A DNA stretch of 61,011 nucleotides, the filler included, from Vannella sp. (lineage: Eukaryota), in the NCBI GenBank assembly GCA_023345925.1. It is 6 parts of 6 records of this genome, joined end to end, with 100 filler letters (N's around TTAATTAATTAA, not from the genome) between each part and the next. Parts side by side here need not be neighbours in the genome. Positions count along the whole stretch, not along the records: positions 1 to 16,117 come from JAJQQN010000461.1; positions 16,218 to 35,406 come from JAJQQN010000482.1; 4 more parts are not named here. One strand, written 5' to 3'. Both the position numbers and the translations under genes were made by a program. The notes below the pieces were generated by a model that had not been told where the DNA came from, made no database searches, and saw only the letters and a program-made list of their open reading frames with translations. Of the stretch, positions 11,250-22,921 are shown piece by piece. How positions within the stretch are numbered: the stretch's first letter is position 1; each line of letters opens with the position of its first letter.

Positions 11250-13784
11250 TTAGCTTTGTTCATGTGCTGGAGACTCAAGAAGAGGTTCACTGTCAGTAGA
11301 GGGGGGTTCTTGCTCTGGAGGAACCGATCCAGGGGCACTGTCGGAAGGTAATCGGGGCAAAAGAGCAACGACAGAGTCAGTCCACACGGCGAGTTCTTTG
11401 GTATTATCAGCGGTCTCACTGGAAGAGTTATACCGATATGACCGAACAGCAGAGTCAATAACTCTATGACGCCCCAAATGGCGGCTTTCTGAGGAAGTCC
11501 GGGGGAGACTTGGAAAGTACTTTTGGTAATCGTCAGTCGGAGGCTTCCTCCGGGTGGGAAGCATTTGTGGCTCATCTTCGTCTTCCTCGCTAAATCTTCC
11601 CGTCATTGTATCGAAGGCAGCTTGTTCTTCCTCCACCAAAGGTCTTTGCTCTGCCCGCAGTTGCTGGATGAGTTCCAAGTCAATATACTGAAACTCCTGG
11701 GACAGCTAAATAAGAGAGTTAGTAAAAAGAAAGCAGAATCAATATCAGGTGCGGAAGGTGCGCACCTCAAAGAGCTTTTTGGAAGGAACAGAAATTTGTT
11801 TGGTCAACTCAAAGAGAGCTAAGCCATCAGTTTGCTTCATAATGCGCGCTTTCTCAGCTGTCAGAATGGCTAAGGATATGCGAAATAAGACTACCGGTCC
11901 ATTGACAAGAAAATCATCAAAAATCGCGAGAGAAACGCTCCAAGGCAAGAAACCAATGAATATACAGATGAACCAGGGCATTGTTATGATGGTGAGAGAG
12001 ATGCCAAGGGAGAGAAGGTGGTCAGCAAGTCCTGGATGAGCTTTTTCGACCAGAATCTCGATGACTCGTTGGTCTGTTAGGAGACCCAGAAGATGAGAAG
12101 AATAATAATCCGTTAAATACTCCTCTACGATGACACTGAGGAGCCAGAAAGCCTCCTCCTCGCTCATGAAGAGAAGCAACATAGCACAAATAATATTCAT
12201 AGATTGGCAGTAGCCAACCGAGGGATTCCGGATCGCATAGGCACAAAGAACGCGCCGTAATTCCTGAATTCCTGTGCCATCCTTGTGGAAGTAGGGATGA
12301 TCCGGCATACTCCGGTGAAGATCCTTTTCAACTTCCCGACTTGAAATAGAACTTTCGGAGCCAAAGTGCTTCAGAAGACGCGAAACCTCCCAGCCTCCGT
12401 TTAACTTCATCTTCAGAAAGGAACCGGAAGAGGCTTGCCAAACATACCCACGGTATCGGTGAGGAATTCCTTCCTTTGTGAGGGACTTCCAACGAGAGCT
12501 CACTATGCTGTAGAAGCCATGCTCGGAGAGAAAACTGCTCAGAGAAGAACATCCTCTGATAGAGCCCTCTATTCCAGAGAGAAATCCAGTTTGCCGAGTT
12601 TTGTACTCTTTTTGAGTTCTCTTTGTGTCCGTTCGATAGCCCCAGAGGCCTGATAAGTCGCGTGGAAGTTCATGAAGAATCTTCTTCCAAGACTCCTTGA
12701 GCGTCCAGTACGAGGAAGTCTCCCGAGGAAAGAAGAGGACCTCTTCCACTTCTAAAACAACTTGAATTGCAGCACCTTGGTCTCCCCGCTTAATCGCCAC
12801 AATGTCAATTAAAGGTATCACGAGATGAATCTCCTCCAGACAGCTCGGGAATGATCGAAAGCATAACGCTCTTCCACTGATAAATAAGTCACCAGTTGCC
12901 AAAAATAGAAACCCTCTGACCAGGGAACATTCTCTATCAAGAATGATTTCCATAGGCAGGGCTGTTGGGTCTATCAGAGGTTTGGCAGCCAAGACAACAT
13001 CAGTACCTGTTAAAAGTTGATTGCAAGGAGAATCTGCTCCCTCTGCAGCGCTTTGGGCTCCATTCCATTGAGAACGAATGATCTCCTCGCAAGTGATGAG
13101 ATTCGTTTGGTCCTGAAACTCAGAGAGAACCAAGTCAAAGAAGACTGTGGAGATTTGAAGGCACTCTGTTGCACCTGAGTGGCTTAAAATGTTCTGGTTC
13201 CCCTCCAGAGCACCTCCCAACTCAGAGTAAACGCATTCCAACGCTGTCAAGGAACCAAAAGGTACAATGAGACGTGTTAAGGCATCGGGTAAAGCATCAA
13301 AGATCACGGAACTTTCAGTGACGTGGACTTCTCCCACGAATTCACGCTCCTGCAACAATAAAGTGCACAGCCCAGTGTAGAGGAGGCTCCCTTGGCCTGG
13401 ACCAAAGGTTGTAGTGATGTGACTCTCTGAATGTCGCAGTTTCAATCCATTGGAAGCATGTTCAGAGAGGCGTTCCTCGGAAGAGGAAGAGGGGAAGCCT
13501 TCAAAGGAGCTGATAGGCGATGATTCACTCTCCTGTGAGGAGATTCGGGCAATCTCTCTTGACGGTGATAAGTAACCAGAGACTACAGAACTGCTGGATG
13601 ATTCAAATGGAGACAGCCAGCTCCTTATCTTCCCCGTGATTCCTTCTCTTGTCTTTCGGACGCGCTCTTGAGGAGAGAAGATCTCCTGAGGGGCCGGCAA
13701 GGCACCCAAAGCCCCCACCCGCGATAAACCATCCCCAGACTGTCTCAGCTGACCATCCTCTCCTCCTTGGTTGCCCGCAAACAT
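11250..13784 (-). CDS. GRAM/PH-like plus TBC Rab-GAP (TBC1D8/9-like)
   Basis: TBC motifs GIPHRYRGYVW, VEKDLHRS, YCQSMN, EEEAFW. Two upstream GRAM-like beta segments. Last exon is about 11250-11690. Confidence 0.85.
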
Positions 13785-13879
13785 CCCTCGGTCGGGGAGA
13801 GGTGAAATGAGGGAAATGCGCCTTTTTTCAATGCCAATCGCCAAAAGCGTCGTTGGCGAGCATATTATGTTGGTTTGGT

Positions 13880-14767
13880 TTATTTTCGACCAGTGGCGAG
13901 GAAGAAGCACTCGTTGGAGTCTTTTCTTGAAGCAGGAGGCTTTACTAGCTTGACCTTTGAGAAGGAGCTTTGCAGTGACTTCTTAAAGTCGTTTTCTGGA
14001 GCGTTGGGTCAGGGGAGATCACGATCGCGTGGATGGGAGGACGAACCGTGAACTCCGTGGGATAGTTTTGCTACGAAGCTCCCTCCTGGCTTCAGATGAG
14101 CAACAGCAAAGTGTAGAGCATCTTCGCTTAGATTAACGAGACGGTCATGGTCTAACTGCTTGTCACCGCAAGCCGCTGGAGCCATGTCACTGAGGACGAG
14201 ATCGACCTGCTTCACTCCATGCGATAGCAGCGTCTTCTTTAGCCTTTCTTTGGTGTCTTCCTGAGTAAAGTCTCCTAGTATGAACTGACAGTGTTGAGGT
14301 GGCGATGCAGAGAGCGCTAAATACCGCTTAATAGTGAGAGAAGGTCCTCTAAGGGGGAGAGCGTACCCTGCTTGTCCAGAGCAATGATCTTGAAAGGTGC
14401 TTGGAGCGATATGAAGTGACGAGAGAGGGCCTGGGACCAACTGCCTGGCGCTGCACCAAGATCAATAACCCAGAAGCACCCTCGAGGGGGAGTCTTCATG
14501 TAAGGCTCCTTCTCCAGTATCTAGCGAGCTTCATTAGACAACCATCTCTACTAGGAGAGGTTTCCCACTTGTATGATCTTAAACGACGCGCGAGAGGCGA
14601 ATCCTTGCTCCTTTGCCTGCTTCACGAATGGATCTCGGTTCTGCCTTATCAACCACGCCTTTGAGGAGTTGCTCCACCGTATCACACTCAGATACAGCAG
14701 AAAGGCAAAGAGAATGGTCCCACCTGCAGTACGCACGGCACTGAAAGAAGACCGCACGAGTGACCAT
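13880..14767 (-). CDS. MRM2: FtsJ/RrmJ-family rRNA 2'-O-methyltransferase, mitochondrial MRM2-like
   Basis: WLIRQNRDPFVKQAK..SRASFK, IDLGAAPGSWSQ, VLSDMAP, LKPGGSFVAK, KPPASRKDSNE. Arg-rich presequence-like N-terminus. Confidence 0.88.
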
Positions 14768-14812
14768 GACAAGAAGAACTGAAAAGAGTTCGTTTACAAG
14801 TGGCTTCAAGCC

Positions 14813-15888
14813 TCACACAGTGAGCATATCGTTAGGGTGTGCAAGGTACTCTTTGAGGGAATGAAGAATGCGGCCAGCCGCATCGTATTCCATGCGTCTG
14901 GCATCACCAGAGAAACCGAGTTCGATCACATCTCGCACCTTCGGACTTCCCTCACTCAGGAAGACCTCTTGCTTGATAGATCCCAACGTAAGAGAGCATA
15001 TGTTGTGCTTGGGAACCAACGAAAGCGCCATATCAGCACCCAAGTCTTCAAAGCGATAGATGCTGTGAAGGGAATGAGCGATGGAGCCCAGAAGAAGGGG
15101 TCACCTACGTAGCGATAGTCTCCGAAGCATCCTTTTGAGTCCCCTTCTCTTGGGAGAGCCCAGAGATGTCATAGATCGACTTGTTTAACGCACTGCGAAG
15201 AGGTTTCGTGTTCAATGATCCGTTATCTCCAAGGAAAACAAAGTCCACTTGTTCTGCTGCTCGTGAGTGGGGACGATAAAGGACCAATGCAAGAGAACAC
15301 ACCTTTTCCCTCTCCAACTCCGTTTGCCTTCAAGCTCAGAAGGAAAGCCCGGGAGATGATGTCTCCAACACGAACCTTCTCACTACCCTCTACTCTAACT
15401 AGTAAGCACTCTGGCTGCCTTTGAAGGTGTCGCCCTTTGCCTACCTGAGGCGGTGATGGAGGACAGCTCGTTGATATCACACTTGATTGAAGAGTAGAAG
15501 TGAGGAGCTGTCTTTTGCACCTGGCGGCTAGCTTGGTGTTCCACCTCAGTGAAACGGAGGCGCTTTCCCTTGATAGCAGTTGGTGCAGAAGGAGCTTCCA
15601 CTCTCTGGCTTGACCCTGGTCCTTTGATTCTATCAGGGAAAGTTCGAAAGTAAGGAGATCTGAGCAATACCCACCATACTTTGCCAGGTGCTGCAAAACG
15701 TCTCCCTTCAGAAGTGTTCCTCTGGGACCGCTGGCAACGACCTGAGTCGCCAGAAGTTGGTTCGTCATCAGCAGCATTCGCACAGCAGGTCCCATGCGTA
15801 TGTGTTCCTCTGAGGCGCTCGATGCCGCGTTCCGGTTCAGGACCAAAGTCCATCGGCAAACAGGTCGTGTGGCCCGCAGAGCAAACAT
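14813..15888 (-). CDS. PDHX: PDH E3-binding-protein-like (PSBD plus degenerate acyltransferase core, no lipoyl domain)
   Basis: Presequence, then PSBD (GPAVRML...SGPRGTLLKGDVL). PHFYSSIKCDI. Catalytic DHR motif reads DAR. C-terminal LKEYLAHP. Confidence 0.7.
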
Positions 15889-16117
15889 TGAATGATAAAC
15901 TCACCTCATTAATATCTGCAAATAGATGTCGAAGGAAGCTGTGTTTTTTCCCTGAGTGCCAGTGTTGGTTCACTGCTCTCATCTGATTGGTCAGTTTCTG
16001 ATTCGCCTAACAGCGAACCTTCTTCGAGCGAACTGATTTAGCTGAAGGGAAGTGAGGCAGAGTGCGGGTATAAAAAGGAATCATCTTTCCCTTGTCTCCA
16101 TTACTTTCTGCTCCCCC

Positions 16118-16217
16118 NNNNNNNNNNNNNNNNNNNNNNNNNNNNNNNNNNNNNNNNNNNNTTAATTAATTAANNNNNNNNNNNNNNNNNNNNNNNNNNN
16201 NNNNNNNNNNNNNNNNN
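16118..16217. other. Artificial contig spacer (N44-TTAATTAATTAA-N44)
   Basis: Ns around a linker with stops in all six frames. The same spacer occurs five times. Confidence 0.98.
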
Positions 16218-16290
16218 GCCCGTCTAGCTCAGTTGGTAGAGCGTACGGCTTTTAACCGTATGGTCGAGGGTTCGAGCCCCTCGGTGGGCG
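16218..16290 (+). tRNA. tRNA-Lys(TTT)
   Basis: 73-nt cloverleaf. Acceptor GCCCGTC/GGTGGGC, anticodon arm TACGG-CT-TTT-AA-CCGTA, T-loop GTTCGAG, downstream T-run. Confidence 0.96.
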
Positions 16291-16956
16291 TCACCTATCT
16301 TTTAACTGGTCAGCTTGTAATGTACCTATGCCTAAAAAGGAAAAGATGCAATTCTTTCAACCGAATGTCCCAGCGGCTTCATCAGTCAAGTTTGCCATAG
16401 CAAAACAGAGAGGGGATCTTTCCAGCATTCAACAACTCCTTCAGCGTCCTGCAGGTTAGCAGGGGAACATTTTGCTTTCGGAGTAGCAGTTCACCACTAG
16501 AATCAGTCTGCTCCCAATGACAATCAGGGGAGATTCACCGAAACAATACTTATCGCTCAAGCCTCAAGCATCAAGCCTCTGCCAAGAGAACAGCAGATAG
16601 TCGAGCAAAACACAGCGTAGTGACTTCTTTTGAATCTTCCTTTTGCCGGACCCGATTGCACTCTCGACAGGTGCCCTTGAAGAGCACTGCTCTTCCTGTC
16701 TGTTCAGGAATTTCAGTGGGGCGACAATCATGACGAGAAAAGAGCTTCGATGCAGTCCCGAACCATTCATCAGAAGAAGCAAAGCGGACGTATAGGCTCC
16801 TCAATTACCTTCCATTTACTTCCATTTCCTTTCAGCCATCAGTTCTATACAACACCCTTTAGACTTTTCCGTAAAACAGCAGATAGTTCTCATTCCGCTC
16901 ACTTCATTCACAGCCCCTGGTTTTCAAATGAAGCCTTTGTGGGCGTGACAAGGTTT

Positions 16957-17044
16957 CAGAGAGGATTCAGGCTTAATCCTTCTGCGAACCACCCGCAGAG
17001 AGGATTCAGACAGGCTTAATCCTTCTGCGAACCACCCGCAGAAG
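16957..17044. repeat. Tandem duplication (39 and 43 nt units), each unit with two hairpins
   Basis: CAGAGAGGATTCAG(ACAG)GCTTAATCCTTCTGCGAACCACCCG twice, plus CAGAAG. Stems AGGATT/AATCCT and TCTGCG/CGCAGA. Confidence 0.9.
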
Positions 17045-17177
17045 TTCCTCAAGGCACTATTCTCTTCTTGGTCTACCTTCTGAAAGGTCTACAATGCTTC
17101 ATTTGCTCGAAAACAAGTTAATCATACTACTGGTAGGAGTGAATTAAACAGGGAGGGACCCAAAAGATCACTTTTTC

Positions 17178-19337
17178 ATGCCCCCAGCTCCTGCAGGACC
17201 TCCTGCCCAAGCGCAGGACGGATTCTCTTGGAGTTCTTTGATCTGGAGGGCGCTGTTGGTGTATCTGTTCTTCACTTACATCTCTCCCTTTCGTGGTGCC
17301 ACTCCAGACGTTCCTGTTGACGCCAACTCGGGAGCGAAACCGGTGACAGGTGCAGAGGGACCAGTCAAGACAGTTGAAGCAGCCTCTCACTTCTCCAACA
17401 TGTTTGGAAGGGGCACTGATCTGGTACGTTCCATTTCCCTGAGGCTAGAAGCACTCTTCTTACCCGAACGTGCGCGAGAAGAACTTGAAACTCTTCCTCG
17501 TGGAATCAGGCGATGCTGCAAGCAGTAGCATTCTTCTAGATCGAACCATCACTCTTGGTTCATTCCATCCCGAGCAATCTGGCGTCTATATGCAGAACTT
17601 GACCCTTTCCCAGGCAAGTGGGCCCTCCTTTGGTCTTCAAGCCGACTGACTGTCCACAGAACCTGCTTGCAAACGGCTCAGCAAGTCTCTGTGCAGTGTT
17701 TAGCACACAAGTAATCACTGACAACTTCGAAGAGATCAGCCAGAGCCCTCGATCACGAGATCTGTTCTTTGAGTGCAACCCCCTGGTGGTCTATCACATG
17801 CAGAACAAGTTTATCGAGCGCCAGAACTTGATTTCTGGAGAATGGGAGAAACCTGATGTGAGCTACTATCTTCCTAGTGCCAAGGAAGTACTCATTCCCC
17901 TGTTTAGCTGACCAAAGAGGCTTCCAGTGAATTGGCAGAGCGCAAGATCGTGTCGTTTTGGAAGCCAAATGTGACCTTGTCTATGATTGATGAGTTTACA
18001 ACTTACAAGCCCTCCACATTGCCCGACCAGATCCGCAAACGTGAGAATTTCTCCAAGGAAAGTGAATTCCTGCAATACTGACTTGGGCCCAGACATGCGC
18101 TTTAACCCAGAACGAACCAAGTACTATCCGATAGTCTATTTTAACGAATTTTGGTTGCTGCACGAGAACCTCATCCCCATTAACGATACGGTTAGTCTTT
18201 CGGTCGGACGAGGACGGGACAAGGTTGACGGTTTGGGATTAGTTGGATCAATTGCCGTTAACGATCACTTTGGAGCCTCTTAGTCAGATGTATTTTGTGT
18301 TGTATGAGCAGTTTAAGCAGAGCCTGGACATGCAGAAGGCTTTTGGAAGCTCAGAAAAGGATATTGACGATGTCAAATTGATGCTCTTTGAGACTAACCC
18401 TTATCTATTGGGCCTCACTGTTGTAGTATCTTTGCTTCACACTGTTTTTGATGTTCTGGCCTTCAAGAATGACATTGCCTATTGGAAGAACAAGAAAGAC
18501 ATGTCCGGGATGTCGGTTAGGTCCATCTTCATGAACACCTTCTCCCAATTCATTGTGTTCTTGTATCTCTTTGATAACGACACGTCCTTTATGATCCTCG
18601 TGAGCGTGGCTGTCGGCATTGCCATTGAAATGTGGAAGATCACCAAAGCCGTAAACGTGTCTATTGATCGATCTGGATCGTTCCCCCGCTTGCGTTTCAA
18701 GGACAAGGAATCTTACTCTTCCATTACCAAGGAATATGACGATCTTGCCTTCAGATATCTGAGTTACATGCTTTTCCCACTAGTGATTGGCTATTCTATC
18801 TATTCACTTTACTATGAGACTCACCGGAGCTGGTACTCTTGGGTACTGGCCAGTTTGACTGGAGTGGTCTACACGTTTGGTTTCATTATGATGACTCCTC
18901 AGCTCTTCATCAATTACAAGCTCAAGTCGGTGGCGCACTTACCCTGGCGGACGTTTACCTACAAGGCACTGAACACCTTTATCGATGACCTCTTCGCTTT
19001 CATCATTCGCATGCCAACTCTTCATCGTCTTGCATGTTTCCGAGATGGTCAGTCCCTCACTCTTTGATTGTCTCACAAAAACTGACCAAAAGGGAACGCA
19101 GATTTGGTCTTCTTTATCTTCCTGTTCCAACTCTGGCTTTATCCAAAAGATAAGCGCCGGAATGAGTATGGTGAATTCATTGAAGAGCCCGTCCCAGAGA
19201 CTGAATCTCTTGCCAATGAGGAATCGATTCCCCCTGCCCAAGCCGATGCCAGTCCCGAAGAGGGAGCTGCTGTGATCAACAGGAAGCAGAAGAAGGCGAA
19301 GAAGGAGTCAAAGGAGGCCAAGGCACAGAAAGTATAA
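17178..19337 (+). CDS. CLPTM1: CLPTM1-family membrane protein, multi-exon
   Basis: YYPIVYFNEFWLL, ETNPYLLGLT, LAFKNDI, FGFIMMTPQLFINYKLKSVAHLPW, YKALNTFIDDLFAF, HRLACFRDD. Confidence 0.93.
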
Positions 19338-19345
19338 AGTCTGGT

Positions 19346-21296
19346 TTAGTTGGCTTGCAGCTGACGGGAAACGAGTTGCACGTAGATGCCGCTTTGCTGC
19401 ATGAGCTGCTCGTGCGTTCCTTGCTCAGCAATTTGGCCATCTTTCATCACTACGATGCTGTTGGCATTGCGTACTGTGCTGAGCCGATGAGCGATAACTA
19501 AGACAGTGCGTCCCTTCATCAAAGTGTCCAAAGCCTCTTGGACCAAATGCTCAGACTCTGAGTCAAGATTGGAAGTGGCTTCGTCGAGAAGCAAGATGGA
19601 AGGGTTCTTCAAAAGAGCACGGGCAATGGCTATTCGTTGTTTTTGTCCTCCTGAGAGGCGGACCCCTCGCTCACCAACCATCGTGTCATATCCGTCGATG
19701 AATCCACTTACAAAGTCGTGTGCATTGGCCTCTTTGGCAGCCTGAATGATGCGGTGCATGGGAACATCGTCACCTAGTCCGTAGGCGATGTTCTTTGCAA
19801 TGGTAGTTGCAAAAAGGCACGGAAGCTGTTCAACCACTCCAATGTTGTCATGAACCCATCCAGGATCATATTCAAGCAAGTCACGACCATCCAGAGTCAA
19901 CCGACCCTTTGCGGGATAATAGAATACTTCAATGAGGTTCGCAATTGTTGTCTTTCCGGCACCAGAGGGCCCAACCAATGCAATGACCCTGCCAGGTTCC
20001 AGCTTTAAATCCAATCCCCGGAGGACAGCTTGGTCAGGGCGGGAAGGATAAGAGAAGTGGACCTCTTGAAGCTCCAATTTACCTTCCAAGGTGGAAGGAG
20101 TGAGTCCTCCTTTGAATCTTACCAAAGGCTGTCGGTCAGTCAGCTCAAACACACGTTCGCTAGCTCCAATAGCCTTCATAAAGTCACCATAAAGGATCGA
20201 CAGTCCAGCAAGAGACATTGCCACAGAGAGTGTGTACATCAGGAAAGCAGTCAAACTACCAGTAGAGATCTCCCCTTGGTGAACCAAATAGCCTCCATAC
20301 AGCAAAACCAATCCAAACGCAAATTGAACGCAAAGAGCGGCACCACCAGCGAATCCTCCATACGCAAAGGACTTGAGCTTACCAAGGCGATAGCTCTCAT
20401 CTATCTCAACAGCATATCGCTGAATCTCGAAGGTCTCTTTGTTGAACGAGCGAACTGTTCTCACATTCGACAGAGCCTCCTCCGCAACCTCGCTTGCTCT
20501 TGCCAAGGCATCCTGTGTCTTCTTGGCAAGGTTTCTCAGAGCTAGGCCATACGCTACTGCACCAATGACGACAACAGGGACAGTTGCCAGCATCACCAAA
20601 GTCAGTTTCCATGAAATGAGGACCAAAAGGACCATCGATCCTATCGATTGAGCAACGTAGCGGAGCCCCATCGATATGTTAACTGTCACTGCGTTTTGCA
20701 TTACCATCTAGGTTGGCGTCAGAGAGTAAGAGACGAGCCTATGAGCCTCTTACAGTGTCAGAAGAGAGTCGATTGGTGAGTTCACCGGTCCGTGTGGTGT
20801 CGAAGAAGCCGATCTCTTGCTTCATGATGTTACTGAACAAGTCTTTACGCATTCGAGCTACGACTCGCTCTCCAGCCAAGGTAAAGACAGTCGATCGAAT
20901 GAAAGTGCAAATGGCACCGAAAAGGAAGGCCACGGCGAGGAAGATGACGACTTGCTTGATAGTAAACTATCAAACGAGTAAGAAGGAGAGAAAGAGAGGA
21001 GGGAGAGAGCTTACACGAGAGCCAGACTCATCTACAACTGCGTTGACGATGATTCCAGCGGCAGCAGGAATCACCAAGAAGGTCAAACTACCCAAGAAGA
21101 GAGCCACTGTTCCAACACTCAACAGAATCCACTCTGGCTTGGCGAGCGCCAGCAGCCGACCCCATTGAGCTTTCTTCTTCTTCCTCGGCTCCTCCGGAAG
21201 CGACTTCTCTTTCAGCACCGAGTCCGTCAGCAATGGCGTGTTCTCCTTTGTTGAGATCTCCACCTGATACTCCCCTGAGTTGATCGAAGGCGCCAT
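19346..21296 (-). CDS. ABCB-type half transporter (TAP/ABCB10-like)
   Basis: TMD (GERVVARMRKDLF..FFD..TGEL.NRLSSDT), Walker A GPSGAGKT, signature LSGGQ, Walker B LLLDEAT, H-loop IAHRLST. Confidence 0.93.
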
Positions 21297-21516
21297 CGGC
21301 GAAAGGATCCCACAAAATGGTCGGCAAAATTCCGCTTCTTCTGGTTGGTCAGTTTCCCGACAATTTCCTTGAAGAATCGGACCCGGAAAATTCCAAAGAT
21401 GTTTCCCAACAACCTGTTTCTTTATGATTACCAAGGAGCAATGAGCGACAAATTTACCAGGAACTCGAGTTTGAAAGATGAATCGGAAAAGAAGCATTTG
21501 TTGGGAGCCGTCAGCC

Positions 21517-22836
21517 ATGGCCGTGTTTGCTGGAGGGACGGGGTTTAAACATAAGAAGACGGGCAAAGGGAATGCTACTGGGTCATCTATGACAGGGTTC
21601 TCGCGAGAGATCTCTCTGTTGGGAACGCGGGTCGAACTTCGGTGGGCGCCTCCTGTTACGGAGGATACAGCGTATCGTCAGGCCGAGTTTCGTCGTCTTA
21701 TGAAGAGCTTCAAAGCTTCTTTCGAACCTCCTGCCCCCCAGCTTGCTTCAGCCCGGTGCACTTACACCTTCTGCTTGCACCAAGAGAATCTCCTCTTTCC
21801 TGGCCACCAGGAGCCTGAAAATGACATCCAGGTCATGGTCTTTGGGACTCATGGATACCTCTCTCATCGGTTCATCCACTTTACCGCTCGGCCCGGCGAT
21901 GAGACGATCTTGGACATGCAAGACACTTGGGAAGGCCCTTATATTGGCTCCATCGAAGCCATCGGGCTAGGTTATGACCACGGATCATCAAATTCGCTAT
22001 TTCTAGAGTTTATGACTCTTCAGGTGGAGCCAGAGGATGCTTCCCTCTGTGATGCAACAGAGTATCTTATTCCCATTTACCGTTGGATCTCCTCCCAGCG
22101 GGATGACGGGGCTTCCTACCGCATTGCTTGGGCTAACCCAACAAATGAGTGTGTATTTCTTCTTTTGTACCCTCACAAGGCTCTGATAACGGATCCAGCG
22201 CCTTGTTTGGCCGAAGAGAGAGACGAAACTTTAAGTTTGGTCGCCCTAAATTGCCTGTTCGGCGCGTTAAGAACCCTCAAGTTGCTCGTGCACGTAATTA
22301 TGTGGTAAGCATCATCTGAGAAGCCCAAGAAGTATCTTAACATGGACACATTGCAGGAACATTGTTTCTTGTTTGAGTTAGACGGGCTCCGATGGCATCG
22401 CTGGATGCGCTTTGACACATACTTGTACTTTAATCAACTGGTACATTACATTACCCGGTCTGAATGGTCTCTCACGCTCTCTCACAGTTAAACGCAAAGT
22501 ACCCTCAACTGCTTCTGGATGACAGCTTCCCTTCGCGGAGGTTTCCTCTTCCGTTTGCCTCTACTGATCGCGTAAGAAGCCCACATTGCTTGCTATGGAA
22601 CCTTGCTGAAGAGTGACTTGCCCTGTTTCAGGTCTTGGAAAGGCGCCAAACCGGTTTGGGCCTTTGGTTGGCCAAGATCTTGGCTGATATTGCACGCTGT
22701 AACGATCCTATAGTCCAGGCATTGATTGGGGTACGCTTGATCCTCGTATCATGTCTCCTAACCCCTTTACCAGTTGCCCCCTCGCGCAATCATCGACGGT
22801 ACCTCCCCTTTACGAGCTGCGCTCGATTCACTGTAG
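21517..22836 (+). CDS. Putative PLAT/LH2 plus PX domain protein, multi-exon
   Basis: PLAT-like: IQVMVFGTHG...IGSIEAIGLGYDH...EYLIPIYRWIS. Spliced 3' exons give PX-like: WHRWMRFDTY...LNAKYP..FPSRR...VLERRQTGLGLWLAKIL...CNDPIV. Confidence 0.6.
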
Positions 22837-22921
22837 CTGTCATGTAAATAACATCTTGTGTTGCTACTTGACGTTGAATGGGGCTCCTCTGAGCGCTTCT
22901 GGGCCATTCTTTCTCGCCGCC

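Noticed and set aside
16300..16900. Short ORFs with CxxC, several TGA codons and a 13-bp direct repeat AACAGCAGATAGT
   Set aside because: No consistent spliced model, recognisable domain or SECIS found.
16957..17044. Palindromic direct repeats as a possible CRISPR array
   Set aside because: Only two abutting units, no spacers, no cas genes, eukaryotic context.
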